DNA of 58,890 nt from Thermoleophilaceae bacterium (GCA_036389105.1 DASVQK010000052.1:1-58890); one strand, 5' to 3'; shown: positions 25,820 through 34,825, counted from the stretch's first letter. Notes: generated by a model from the sequence alone, not told the origin. Numbers and translations are program-made.

Positions 25820-28075
25820 ATGCGTGCGCTCGTCGAGTCGCTCAATGATCGCATCGCCCACAACGTCCACGACTTGATCTCCCCTCTTCGCAACCGCTGG
25901 GTTGCTCGCCAGCGCGCCTCCGCCGGGGTGTCACGGGACTTCGTGATCACGCGACACTCACACGAAAGCGAGTTCAGCTTCCTCCTGGTTGGCGATACAG
26001 GCGAGCAGGATGCCTCACAGTACGCCGTCGTCGCGCCGCTCCTGAAGCAGGGCGAGAGCACCGCGTTCATGGTCATCTGCAGCGACGTGATCTACCCCGC
26101 GGGCGACGTCAACGAATACGTCAACGGGTTTTACCTCCCATACGAGGGCTACGGGAAACCGATCTACGCTGTGCCGGGCAATCACGACTGGTACGACGGG
26201 CTGAACGGATTCATGTACCACTTTTGTGGGGCCGAGCCGCTGCCTGAGGAGGTCTTCCGATGGAGCGACTTCAAGCTTCGCGAGATCATCGCCCGCGCGA
26301 TATGGCGCAGGCCAAGCCTGCCGAAGCGCGACTGCCTCGAGGGGTGGCGCAGCTCGCGGCCGCCGTGGTCGAACGACCCTCCTGAGGCTCCGCAGACCGG
26401 GCCCTACTTCGTGATCGAGACGAAGTCGCTGACGATCGTCGGCATCGACACCGGCATCACGGGCAACCTCGACCATGAGCAAGGTGAGTGGTTGTTGAGG
26501 GTGTCGAAGCGCCCTGGTGCGAAGATCTTGCTCACAGGCAAGCCGCTGCTAGTCGACGGGGATCACCGGCCGTGCGCTATCGCGTGGAGCGAGGATCGGC
26601 CACCGGCTGGCCGCCCGACGGTCGACGATATCGTGCGCGATCCGGAGCACGAGTACGTCGCCGCAATCGGCGGCAATATCCACAACTATCAGCGCTACTC
26701 GGTCCCGTTCCCACCCTCACGAAGGTTCCCGAACGGGCGGGACTTCGAGTACATCGTCTCCGGCGGGGGCGGGGCGTACCTGAGTGCTACGCACCGGATT
26801 CCCTACGTGGACGTCACGCTCCCCGGATCGGCTTCCGGCACCACAGGCGCGCACTGCCCACGGGTGACGGAGAGCGACTTCTATTGCTACCCGCTCCGCG
26901 GCGACTCGCTTGCCCATTTCAGCAAGCGGTTCGTGCCGAAGATCCGCGGGGTGCTGAGCTGGGCGGTTCCGACGACAGCGGTCGTACTCGCTGGACTCGT
27001 CGGGCGCGTGATCCTGCCCGATGACACCTGGCGCTGGGGGATGCTCGGACTGGCAGTGCTGAGCGGTACGTGCATGCTGGGCTACATGTATTTCGTCAAG
27101 CGAAGACGGCACGGAAAGCTGTTGCAGCGCGGGCTTTGGGTGGGCCTGCTGCTTACCGGTCTCATGAGCGTCGCGCTCTGGGCCGTCGACAACGACGACA
27201 TCTGGCAGTGGACGCTGATCGCGCTATCGGTTCTCCTGCTGCTCATCGGTGCGGCGTGGACCGTCATCAAGGATGCGTCGATGGTCGGGTGGCTCGCCAT
27301 GATGAGCATCGGGGCAGCGGGGCTCACGGCGTTTGCGGTACTGAACGATGTCTCGGACCTGCGCCGCGCGGCCATCGCGGCGGCCGGATTCGTCGTGTTC
27401 GGCCTGCTCCTGCGCCTCGGTTTCTTCATCCGGTTTCAGGCACGCAGCAAGAGCGTGGCTGCGGTCGCGGCAGGCCTCTGGGGTGTCCCTGTGCTGGTGA
27501 TCGGCGCGATGGCGCAACTGTGGGACGGGGAGGTCTGGAGACATGGCATCGCGGCGCTGTGGCAGGGTGATGCTTGGAGGATCGCCATCGCCGAGCTTGC
27601 GCTCCTCGTTCTGGTGGTGGCCGCCTTTCTCAGCGTTTATCTACTCGTGTTGGTCAGGGTGTGGCCCGTCCTTGTGCCACCGCGGGGCCGGAAGTCCGAG
27701 CTCGACGCCGACGAGGCGGCGAAGATCATGCACGAGCGCATGGTGAGCCAAGCGCGGGAACGCGGCTGCGCTCCGCCCTCCCCGGTCAGGCCGTCGGCGG
27801 CGGACGCGCAGATCGACAACTGGACGGAGGCCGTCGCCCGAGTCCTGCTGCCGCGCCCCGGAGGGCGGTGGCTGGTTGGCAAGCTACGCCACTCCCAGTC
27901 GCTGGTCTCGGACATCTCCTCGAGCGACGAACCACCGATGTTCAAGAACTTCCTACGCTTGGACGTCACGCCGGACGATCTCACTGTCAAGACCTACGGC
28001 GTGACCGGCTGGAGCGACCACGAGCAGAATCCGCCACGCGAGGACTGCGTGCGGATCAAGCTCCGGGAGCAGTAA
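25820..28075 (+). CDS. Metallophosphoesterase (purple-acid-phosphatase-like motifs) interrupted by an 8-helix membrane module
   Basis: Phosphoesterase motifs: LLVGDTGEQD, SDVIYPAGD, VPGNHDWY, GGNIHNYQRY. About 8 hydrophobic helices follow. A C-terminal beta-strand segment FLRLDVTPDDLTVKTYGVTG closes the protein. The start could instead be GTG 25658 in the same frame. Confidence 0.8.
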   Translation: MRALVESLNDRIAHNVHDLISPLRNRWVARQRASAGVSRDFVITRHSHESEFSFLLVGDTGEQDASQYAVVAPLLKQGESTAFMVICSDVIYPAGDVNEYVNGFYLPYEGYGKPIYAVPGNHDWYDGLNGFMYHFCGAEPLPEEVFRWSDFKLREIIARAIWRRPSLPKRDCLEGWRSSRPPWSNDPPEAPQTGPYFVIETKSLTIVGIDTGITGNLDHEQGEWLLRVSKRPGAKILLTGKPLLVDGDHRPCAIAWSEDRPPAGRPTVDDIVRDPEHEYVAAIGGNIHNYQRYSVPFPPSRRFPNGRDFEYIVSGGGGAYLSATHRIPYVDVTLPGSASGTTGAHCPRVTESDFYCYPLRGDSLAHFSKRFVPKIRGVLSWAVPTTAVVLAGLVGRVILPDDTWRWGMLGLAVLSGTCMLGYMYFVKRRRHGKLLQRGLWVGLLLTGLMSVALWAVDNDDIWQWTLIALSVLLLLIGAAWTVIKDASMVGWLAMMSIGAAGLTAFAVLNDVSDLRRAAIAAAGFVVFGLLLRLGFFIRFQARSKSVAAVAAGLWGVPVLVIGAMAQLWDGEVWRHGIAALWQGDAWRIAIAELALLVLVVAAFLSVYLLVLVRVWPVLVPPRGRKSELDADEAAKIMHERMVSQARERGCAPPSPVRPSAADAQIDNWTEAVARVLLPRPGGRWLVGKLRHSQSLVSDISSSDEPPMFKNFLRLDVTPDDLTVKTYGVTGWSDHEQNPPREDCVRIKLREQ

Positions 28076-28302
28076 GCCCGACCTAACGGGACTTCGAGCA
28101 ATCTCCTCCAGTGACCGATGTTTCTCCCCCGTTCGGCAGATGTTTTCGCCGTGGGCGGGATGTACCGTGGCGAAAGCGGGGGGCGATTGAGCGACTCGGT
28201 GCACGAGGAGGGATCCGTACGGGAACTCCAGAGCGAAGCGCGCGACCCCTGACTGCGGTTATGGACGAGGGTCGCCGTGCCCCCGCGCGACCTCGCGTAA
28301 CC

Positions 28303-29043
28303 ATGACGAGCGTGGCATGGTCCGCGCCGAACGACCTCGATTTGACCGAGTGGCTCAGGCAGGGACACCGCATAGGGATGATGGGACGCAGCGCCGGGTG
28401 GTGGATCGGCGACTGGCTCCGGTTCGGGAACGCGAGGTACGGCGAGAAGTACACGCGAGCGAGGCAGATCACCGGCTACGACGTCCAGACGCTGATGAAC
28501 ATGGTCTGGGTCGCGTCGCAAATCGATGTCTCTCGACGTCGAGAGGATCTCTCGTGGAGCCACCACATGGAGGTGGTGGCGGAGGACCTCCCGACGCAGG
28601 AGCGGCTGCTCAACAAGGCGGCGGCTGAACGCTTGTCCGTGCGCGCCCTCCGCAAGCTCATACGACTCGAGCGCAATGCCGACCCCGACGGGGACGGGGT
28701 GAGTCAGCCGCCGCCCGGTGGGCGCGTCGTGTGCCCGCGGTTCGCGGACGCGCGGCGGGAGGGCGCGCAGCTCACCGTGGACGAGGCCGTCACCTGGACT
28801 CGACGCGGACGCGGATCGCGCAAGCGTCCTTCCGATGGCTGGGAGAGCCTGACTCCCGCTGAGCTCGAGGTGGCTCGCCAAGCGGCGGGCGGCTTGACAA
28901 ACCTGCAGATCGCAACGGCCACGTTCACCTCGCCCTCCACCGTGAAGACCCACATGTCGCACATATACGCCAAGCTCGGCGTGCACAACCGCGCCCAGCT
29001 CACGGCTGAGGCGATCCGCCACCTCCCGCCCGGTCAACCGTAA
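28303..29043 (+). CDS. Chimeric regulator: LmbU-like N-terminal domain fused to a LuxR-type HTH
   Basis: GWWIGDWLRFGNARYGEKY..YDVQTLMNMVWVA..SRRREDLSWSHHMEVV..LSVRALRKLI matches my recollection of the LmbU-family pattern. The C-terminus SLTPAELEVARQAAGGLTNLQIA..STVKTHMSHIYAKLG is a LuxR HTH. Start is ATG 28303 or ATG 28261. Confidence 0.7.
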   Translation: MTSVAWSAPNDLDLTEWLRQGHRIGMMGRSAGWWIGDWLRFGNARYGEKYTRARQITGYDVQTLMNMVWVASQIDVSRRREDLSWSHHMEVVAEDLPTQERLLNKAAAERLSVRALRKLIRLERNADPDGDGVSQPPPGGRVVCPRFADARREGAQLTVDEAVTWTRRGRGSRKRPSDGWESLTPAELEVARQAAGGLTNLQIATATFTSPSTVKTHMSHIYAKLGVHNRAQLTAEAIRHLPPGQP

Positions 29044-29098
29044 CCGCGCAGCTGCTGTCGATACACCCCGCCGGCGGACGACGAAGGCTGACTGCCTC

Positions 29099-30934
29099 CT
29101 AGCCCTTCACGTTCACCGAGCAGTCAGCGGTCAGAGCAAGCCCGTCGTGGCCGATCGTGACGAGGTGAAGCCCTGGGCGGGTCCCCTTCGGAATCGGCAC
29201 TCTGACACTGCCCGCGCCGCTGGCGTCCGTCTTCCCACGCGCCACCTCCTCGGGTCCCAGTAGGGCGTGTACCCCGGCGTTCGGTCGCAGCCCGTCGAAG
29301 GCCACGTCCACCGCCTGACCTGCGGCCGCGTCGCCGGCGGGGAAGCAGTGCGGGAATGGCGGCGACTCGAGCTCGAAGGTGGCGCCGCGGTCGCTCCTGC
29401 GGATCGCGTCGACGGCCTTCCCTCTGGCGATCAACGGCGTCTGGACCCTGAACGGGACCCTCGGCCTGACCGCCGTCGGCAAGCCGCGGTTCCTGACCGT
29501 GAAGGCGATCGTGTTGTAGACCTCGGCCACGAAGTCCCGCGGCGGCTTTACTCCCTCCACCGGGATGAAGTGAGGATGCATCCGGAGGGTTTGGATCTCG
29601 ACGTCGAAGCGCTTGGATGAGATCGCCTTCAGCACGCCGCGGGTGGCTATCCACGCGCTCCCGATCACCCGGCAGGTCCTCGATCGGAGGCGGCGGACTC
29701 CTCCGATCACCGTCGCTCGGCCCACGAAGTCCGCGCCTCGGAAGGCGGAGGGAAGCCCACGCTCGAGGAGCGCGTCCTTCCGTGCACCGGTCGTGGTGTT
29801 GTTGTCGAGATCGGCGAGGAACCCGTACCGCGTAACGCTGCGCCGGCTGCACGGCAGGAGCCCACCCAACTGCTGGGCGATGTGCAGCTCGTTCCGCCTT
29901 CGATCGAGAGCGACCGTGACCGACGCGATGTCGCGGTAGGGCCGGAGCCTCTTGTTCCGGTTGCCGTCGACGAGGCGCATCGAGAGCACCCGTCCGGGAA
30001 CGAAGTCGCCCGGTGGGTCGGTCTCCAGGCCCGGGACGTTCGCGGCGTTCGACCGTAGGGCCGTTACCTCCGTGGCGTTCAAGCCGATGTTGTCGATCCG
30101 CCCGTCACCGTTGCTGTCGAATGACGACGACCTCATCAGCGCCGCGTCGTTGGCGCGGTGCTCGAGGCTCAGCGCGTGACCGATCTCGTGCCCCGAGACC
30201 TGGTCGAACGGGTCCGTGACGGCGAACCGCCGGTTCCCCATGGGATCCGCGGGCGAGGGTGGCCACGTGCGGTCGACCACCGTGGGATAGAGATAGTGGT
30301 TGTCGACGACCATGATTCGCCCGTCGTACGGCGTTGCGCAGTTGCCCGTCGAGTTCTCCGCGCATCCACCCCAGCCGCCGATCGCCACGTAGTCGAATTG
30401 CGTGTTGCCGTCGGGGGCGGCCGGGTTCGCATTGTCGTGGAAGAGGTTCACGTTCACGGCCGTGACGCCAACGCCGGCGCGGCCGAGCGCCGTGTACGCC
30501 TCGTCACAGTCGGTGATGAGGTCTCGGAACTCGGTTGAGTCTACGTTCACGTTCCAACCGTTCACGTCGCCCGCCTGGCCGTTGGTCGTGTCGGTGTCGT
30601 CGAGGTGCGGGAAGTTGAACGCCCCCATCGCGTTGTTGATCGCCGATCGCAGCGAGATCGTCGCCTGCGGGAGGAAGATGTTGTCGGTGGGCCGCTCGTG
30701 CCGCCTCCAGATCACGGCATCGGTGTTGGTGTCGGTTACGCCGCTTCCCTCGCTCGTGATGTTTGGTGCCGCCTGGGCCGGGCTTCCGTTTACGACGCAC
30801 CAGGCCATCGGCACGTGGAGGACGTCCGTTCCACCCGGCACGACGGCCGAGGCTTGATGCGTCAGCGCTACCCCAATGGCGATCGTTGCCAGGGCGGCCA
30901 CGATCACCCTCGCGCGCGTAACCACTGGTTTCAT
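29099..30934 (-). CDS. Secreted metzincin-type zinc metalloprotease with about 340-aa C-terminal region
   Basis: ATG 30934 follows GGGAGGGG. Signal peptide MKPVVTRARVIVAALATIAIGVALTHQASA. Zinc motif HEIGHALSLEH (HExxHxxxxxH) is followed by AALMRS, a possible Met-turn. Confidence 0.8.
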   Translation of the reverse strand: MKPVVTRARVIVAALATIAIGVALTHQASAVVPGGTDVLHVPMAWCVVNGSPAQAAPNITSEGSGVTDTNTDAVIWRRHERPTDNIFLPQATISLRSAINNAMGAFNFPHLDDTDTTNGQAGDVNGWNVNVDSTEFRDLITDCDEAYTALGRAGVGVTAVNVNLFHDNANPAAPDGNTQFDYVAIGGWGGCAENSTGNCATPYDGRIMVVDNHYLYPTVVDRTWPPSPADPMGNRRFAVTDPFDQVSGHEIGHALSLEHRANDAALMRSSSFDSNGDGRIDNIGLNATEVTALRSNAANVPGLETDPPGDFVPGRVLSMRLVDGNRNKRLRPYRDIASVTVALDRRRNELHIAQQLGGLLPCSRRSVTRYGFLADLDNNTTTGARKDALLERGLPSAFRGADFVGRATVIGGVRRLRSRTCRVIGSAWIATRGVLKAISSKRFDVEIQTLRMHPHFIPVEGVKPPRDFVAEVYNTIAFTVRNRGLPTAVRPRVPFRVQTPLIARGKAVDAIRRSDRGATFELESPPFPHCFPAGDAAAGQAVDVAFDGLRPNAGVHALLGPEEVARGKTDASGAGSVRVPIPKGTRPGLHLVTIGHDGLALTADCSVNVKG

Positions 30935-31488
30935 CGCCCCTCCCACTCTCGGGCGCCGATGGTGGGGTCGAGAGGAGTTCCCGACCCACCTGTTGCACTT
31001 TATGCCGCGACGGGAAGATGGCGCGCAAACAGGCGGAAGTCAACCCCCCAAAGCGGGGGCCCACTGCACCGCAGCTGAACTATCGACGCAGCACGATCCG
31101 CTTGTCGAGACCCATGGCCCGCAGTCGCGGCCTCCAAGCCGCAGGCTGCGACCGTTCGCGGAAACGCCCACCGCAAATATCCCCCATGTGGTCGATTGTT
31201 CGGTTGGCCCAAACTGAATACGGTCGTCCTCCAGCCTTGCGCCGGCGAGTCCGGGGCAGGCCTCTTACCGGAGGGACCCTTGACTCAGGATTCACAGGAG
31301 CCGGCGCCCCGCGCGATCCCTCCGCTGGTGGCGCGCACAGATCGAAGCCGCCATCCCATGAGCGCTACCGCGAGCTAAAGCGCAGCTCGTCTTGACTGAT
31401 CCGACCCAGGCAACCGTGCTGCACGAGGCACGACGTCGGCTGCCCCCACCATCCCAACCTGGTCGCTCGACAAGGAGGAGCCAGTGAC

Positions 31489-31845
31489 ATGTCGCTTCTG
31501 ATCGTCAATGCCGCGTCGGAGGACACAATCGCGGGCCCCGGCAACCGCAGCCCCAACTACGTCGTCGTTTCGGTCACCGACTCCGTTGGCACACCCGTGA
31601 CCGGGCTCGTGCAGAGGGACTTCCAGGTCCAGCCCATACTCAGGGCGCCGGGCGGAACGCTGGTTAACATCGAGAAGTTCGCGGAGTCGGGGGCCGGGCT
31701 TCCGGGCTACTACATCCTCTATCTGGTACCGGTCATGACCGATGTTCAGACCGGTACGTGGAAGGCTGGGACCTACGTGTTCGGCGTCTCCGTCACGCGC
31801 GGCACGGACAGGGGCCAGAACCTCGCGTCCGTCCTGATGGACTGA
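31489..31845 (+). CDS. Small leaderless beta-rich protein, function unknown
   Basis: ATG 31489 follows the strong SD AAGGAGGAG. The 118-aa protein has no signal peptide. Its hydrophobic/polar alternation looks Ig-like (YVVVSVTD, YILYLVPV, YVFGVSVT). Confidence 0.7.
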   Translation: MSLLIVNAASEDTIAGPGNRSPNYVVVSVTDSVGTPVTGLVQRDFQVQPILRAPGGTLVNIEKFAESGAGLPGYYILYLVPVMTDVQTGTWKAGTYVFGVSVTRGTDRGQNLASVLMD

Positions 31846-31863
31846 TTTGCAGCGGCTCCAGAG

Positions 31864-31904
31864 AATGGCGAGTGCCGGAATCGAGCGCTGACTGAAAAAT
31901 CGTG
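31864..31904 (-). other. Rearranged tRNA-Phe-derived scar
   Basis: 31864-31884 AATGGCGAGTGCCGGAATCGA matches the antisense 3' end of tRNA-Phe at 20/21 positions. 31890-31904 GACTGAAAAATCGTG resembles the Phe anticodon arm but in the opposite orientation, with one extra A. Confidence 0.6.
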
Positions 31905-31915
31905 CGGCTGAGCGG

Positions 31916-33766
31916 CTAGGGCAGCCGGTACGTCCGCCGGCGGCCGTTCTTCAGCCACGAGAGAACCGAGCCGTTCAGCCGCAGCGACGCGGGGTCGATG
32001 CCGCGGCCGCGGTCGACCACCTTCTTCGCGCGTGTGTATGCGTCGGCGACCCAGACGCGGTCCCGCGAGCCGGGATGCACGCAGGTCGGCTCCCGCTCGT
32101 TCGAGAACGATCCGTCCTCCGGGCAGGTGATGAAGCCGAGCGCGCCATCGCGCCGCAGGCGAAGGCTTCCAACCTTCACCGTGTCCGACGTCGACTCCTG
32201 GACGATCAGCCCGCCGTTGCGGGCCGAGGACTGGTCGCGGAGATCGGTGACATCGACGATCGTCGCGCACGTCTCGATGTCGCAGCTTTCGAAGGCGGAC
32301 CCGACCAACGGGCCCGCGATCGACACGGCCGGTCCGTCGTACACGCCGTCGCCGACGCCGAGCTCGATCGGGACCCCGCGCGCGTAGAGGCAGCCGTAGG
32401 CGTAGCCGCGGTTCCATCCGCGCACCACCTCATACACGCGCACCCGCTTGGTCTTGACGAGCCTGCGCGTCTTCTTCGGCGAGCACGCGCTCGGCGGTGC
32501 CTCCCTGATCCAGGCCCTCCGCCGTGCAAGCGTGATCGCCGGGCCCGCGCCCTCCGCGCCGAACGAGCGCAGCCGCTCGAGCGCGCGCTCGCCGTTCGAC
32601 TCCTCCCAGCCCGTCGTAGCGCGGCCGGTCCCGTCGAGGATCAGCCCGGTGGAGCGGACGACGTCGACGAAGGGCGCAGCTTCGAACAGATCGAACGGGC
32701 CGCCGACACGACCGTCCGCGCTCCGGTAGGCGCCCCGGATCGCACGGCCCTCGCTCCAGACGAAGGCAGCGTCGCCGTTCGGGCCGAGCGCGGCGGTCGC
32801 GTCGCCCGGGGAGCCGCTGGCGCCCCCGTTCTGGATCGTGGTGCGCTCGAACTCGCCGCCGAACCGTCGGATCGCGGCGCGCAGCCGGTACGGCTTGCCC
32901 GACACCCAGGTGATCATCGCGGCCCCGTCGTCCTTCAGGCTCACCGTGCGGACATAGGCAGTGCCCTCGCCAGGCTGCGTCGCCGCCAACGGCGCTCCGA
33001 AGGCACTGCCCGGTGGGCGCTCGCTGACCAGGAGGCCGGTGGGGGAGGTCCAGGTGACCAGCGCGCCACCCGGGCCGTTGACGGCGAGGTCGAAGCTCTG
33101 CGTGTCCTCCTCCGGCGCCGAGAGCGTCTGGGCGGGGCCGAACGTCTCGTCGGGGGCCCGTGTGGCCGCCATGACCTTCGACTTGCCGTCGAAGGCGCGC
33201 CAGACGACGGTCGCGGTCCCGTCGTCGGCGAGCCCGACGTCGTAGCCGCCGTAAATGACCCGGTTGCCCGCCGGCTCGAACGCGAACGACGGGGTGAACT
33301 CGCCGCCCGCAGGGCGGAACGCCATCCGGATCCCGCCGCGCAGGCCGGCCAGCTCGGGTCCCCAGATCGCGACGGCGTCGCCGCGTACGTTGACGGCGAC
33401 GCGCGGGCGCCCGACCCGCACCTTGTGCGAGAGGGTGACGCGCGGCCCGAAGTCGCCGCCGGCGGGGCGGAAGGAGGCCAGGAGCGCGTCGGATCCCGAG
33501 TGCCCGACGGCGACGGCGTCGCCTCCACTCCCCATGGCCGCCTGGCTGAACGTGGCGCCGAGCGCGGGCAGCAGAGCCGGCGGGCCGAACTGGCCGGAAC
33601 CGGTGCGCGCTGAGACCTCAGTCGGGCGCGGGTAGTGCTCGCGAGCCTTGAAGAACAGGAGCGCGTCGCCGCGGTCGTTTCCCACCAGCGCCATGGCCGA
33701 CGCCGCACTCGGGCAGGCCAGCACGGCGAGCGCGATCAAGACTGCGATTGAGCTGGCGCGGCGCAT
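31916..33766 (-). CDS. Secreted repeat protein (beta-propeller-like repeats ending in W), function unknown
   Basis: Signal peptide MRRASSIAVLIALAVLACPSAASA. Recurring motifs: AVAIWG, ATVVWRAF, ALVTWTS, AMITWVS, AAFVWSE. It resembles the 5322-6593 protein in style. Confidence 0.8.
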   Translation of the reverse strand: MRRASSIAVLIALAVLACPSAASAMALVGNDRGDALLFFKAREHYPRPTEVSARTGSGQFGPPALLPALGATFSQAAMGSGGDAVAVGHSGSDALLASFRPAGGDFGPRVTLSHKVRVGRPRVAVNVRGDAVAIWGPELAGLRGGIRMAFRPAGGEFTPSFAFEPAGNRVIYGGYDVGLADDGTATVVWRAFDGKSKVMAATRAPDETFGPAQTLSAPEEDTQSFDLAVNGPGGALVTWTSPTGLLVSERPPGSAFGAPLAATQPGEGTAYVRTVSLKDDGAAMITWVSGKPYRLRAAIRRFGGEFERTTIQNGGASGSPGDATAALGPNGDAAFVWSEGRAIRGAYRSADGRVGGPFDLFEAAPFVDVVRSTGLILDGTGRATTGWEESNGERALERLRSFGAEGAGPAITLARRRAWIREAPPSACSPKKTRRLVKTKRVRVYEVVRGWNRGYAYGCLYARGVPIELGVGDGVYDGPAVSIAGPLVGSAFESCDIETCATIVDVTDLRDQSSARNGGLIVQESTSDTVKVGSLRLRRDGALGFITCPEDGSFSNEREPTCVHPGSRDRVWVADAYTRAKKVVDRGRGIDPASLRLNGSVLSWLKNGRRRTYRLP

Positions 33767-33853
33767 CCCTCGCTGTCCCGCTAACCCCGAACCTGACCGT
33801 CCGTTGCGGATAAGCGGGGCTCGCCCACCGTCCGATAGGCGCCCGCCCGCCTC

Positions 33854-34825
33854 CTAGGGCAGGTACGGCCAGCCGCTCGCGCTCCAACCCATGTAGTTTA
33901 TCCCCAGGAAGGACGTGTAGTTAAAGCGCCGGTCGTAGTAGTGGTAGACGAGCAGGTCGGAGTCGTCCGCCGGGTCGTACACGGGGTTCGGGCCGCCCGG
34001 TCCCGCGTAGTCGCCGTGCGGCGCGAGGACGGTCTTCCCGCCGCCCGAGAGCATGCCGGTCCCCGCGTCGTCCACGTACGGGCCCGTCGGCGAGGTGGAG
34101 CGCCCGACCCGGATGCGCTGGGTCGGCGGGCTGGCTCCGAGGAGCGGCGGGCAGCAACTCCCGTACGCCGCGAAGAGGTAGTAGTAGCCGTCGTGGTAGT
34201 AGAGGGCGGGCGCGGTGATCGCGCCGTCGGTGGCGGTGGCCACCTTCACGGGCGACACGCCGCTCTTCACCTTCCCGGTGGACGGGTCGAGCTCGACCAC
34301 GTGCACGCCGCGCGAGACGTTGCCGAAGGTGAGCCACCAGCGGCCGCTCGGGTCCACGAGCAGGTCCGGGTCGATCGCGTTGTACGCCGACCCGGAGTTC
34401 GAGTCGATCACCATCCCCCGGTCGACCCAGCTTCGCGGCTCGGCCGTCGCGCTCGTCGCCAGGCCGATGGCCATGGTCGACCCGGTGGTCGTGGCGGCGG
34501 TGTAGTACATCCAGTAGCGGCCGTCGCGGAACGTGACCTCCGGCGCCCACATGTCGCCGTTGCCGTAGGGGCGGGTCCACTCGGGGACCGGCTGAAGCGG
34601 GCCCTCGAGGCTGATCCACGCCGTGCGGTCGGTCGAGATGCGCGCCTGGTTGTGGGTCGAGAAGAGCATGTACCGCGGTGTGACCCCGCGAGCGACGAGC
34701 GACGGGTCGTGAACCGGGGCGTCGCCCACGGCGAGGCGCGGGTTCGGGTACTGCGCGGCCGCCGGCGCCGCGGCGGCGAGCGCGGCCAAGACGGCGAGCG
34801 CCGACATCGCCCCGCGCCGGCTCAT
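33854..34825 (-). CDS. Secreted glycoside hydrolase family 43 (arabinanase-like)
   Basis: Signal peptide followed by VHDPSLV, MWAPEV..DGRYWMYY, NAIDPDLLVD..GRWWLTFG, APALYYHDGYYYLF. This is the GH43 five-bladed propeller pattern. Confidence 0.85.
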   Translation of the reverse strand: MSRRGAMSALAVLAALAAAAPAAAQYPNPRLAVGDAPVHDPSLVARGVTPRYMLFSTHNQARISTDRTAWISLEGPLQPVPEWTRPYGNGDMWAPEVTFRDGRYWMYYTAATTTGSTMAIGLATSATAEPRSWVDRGMVIDSNSGSAYNAIDPDLLVDPSGRWWLTFGNVSRGVHVVELDPSTGKVKSGVSPVKVATATDGAITAPALYYHDGYYYLFAAYGSCCPPLLGASPPTQRIRVGRSTSPTGPYVDDAGTGMLSGGGKTVLAPHGDYAGPGGPNPVYDPADDSDLLVYHYYDRRFNYTSFLGINYMGWSASGWPYLP

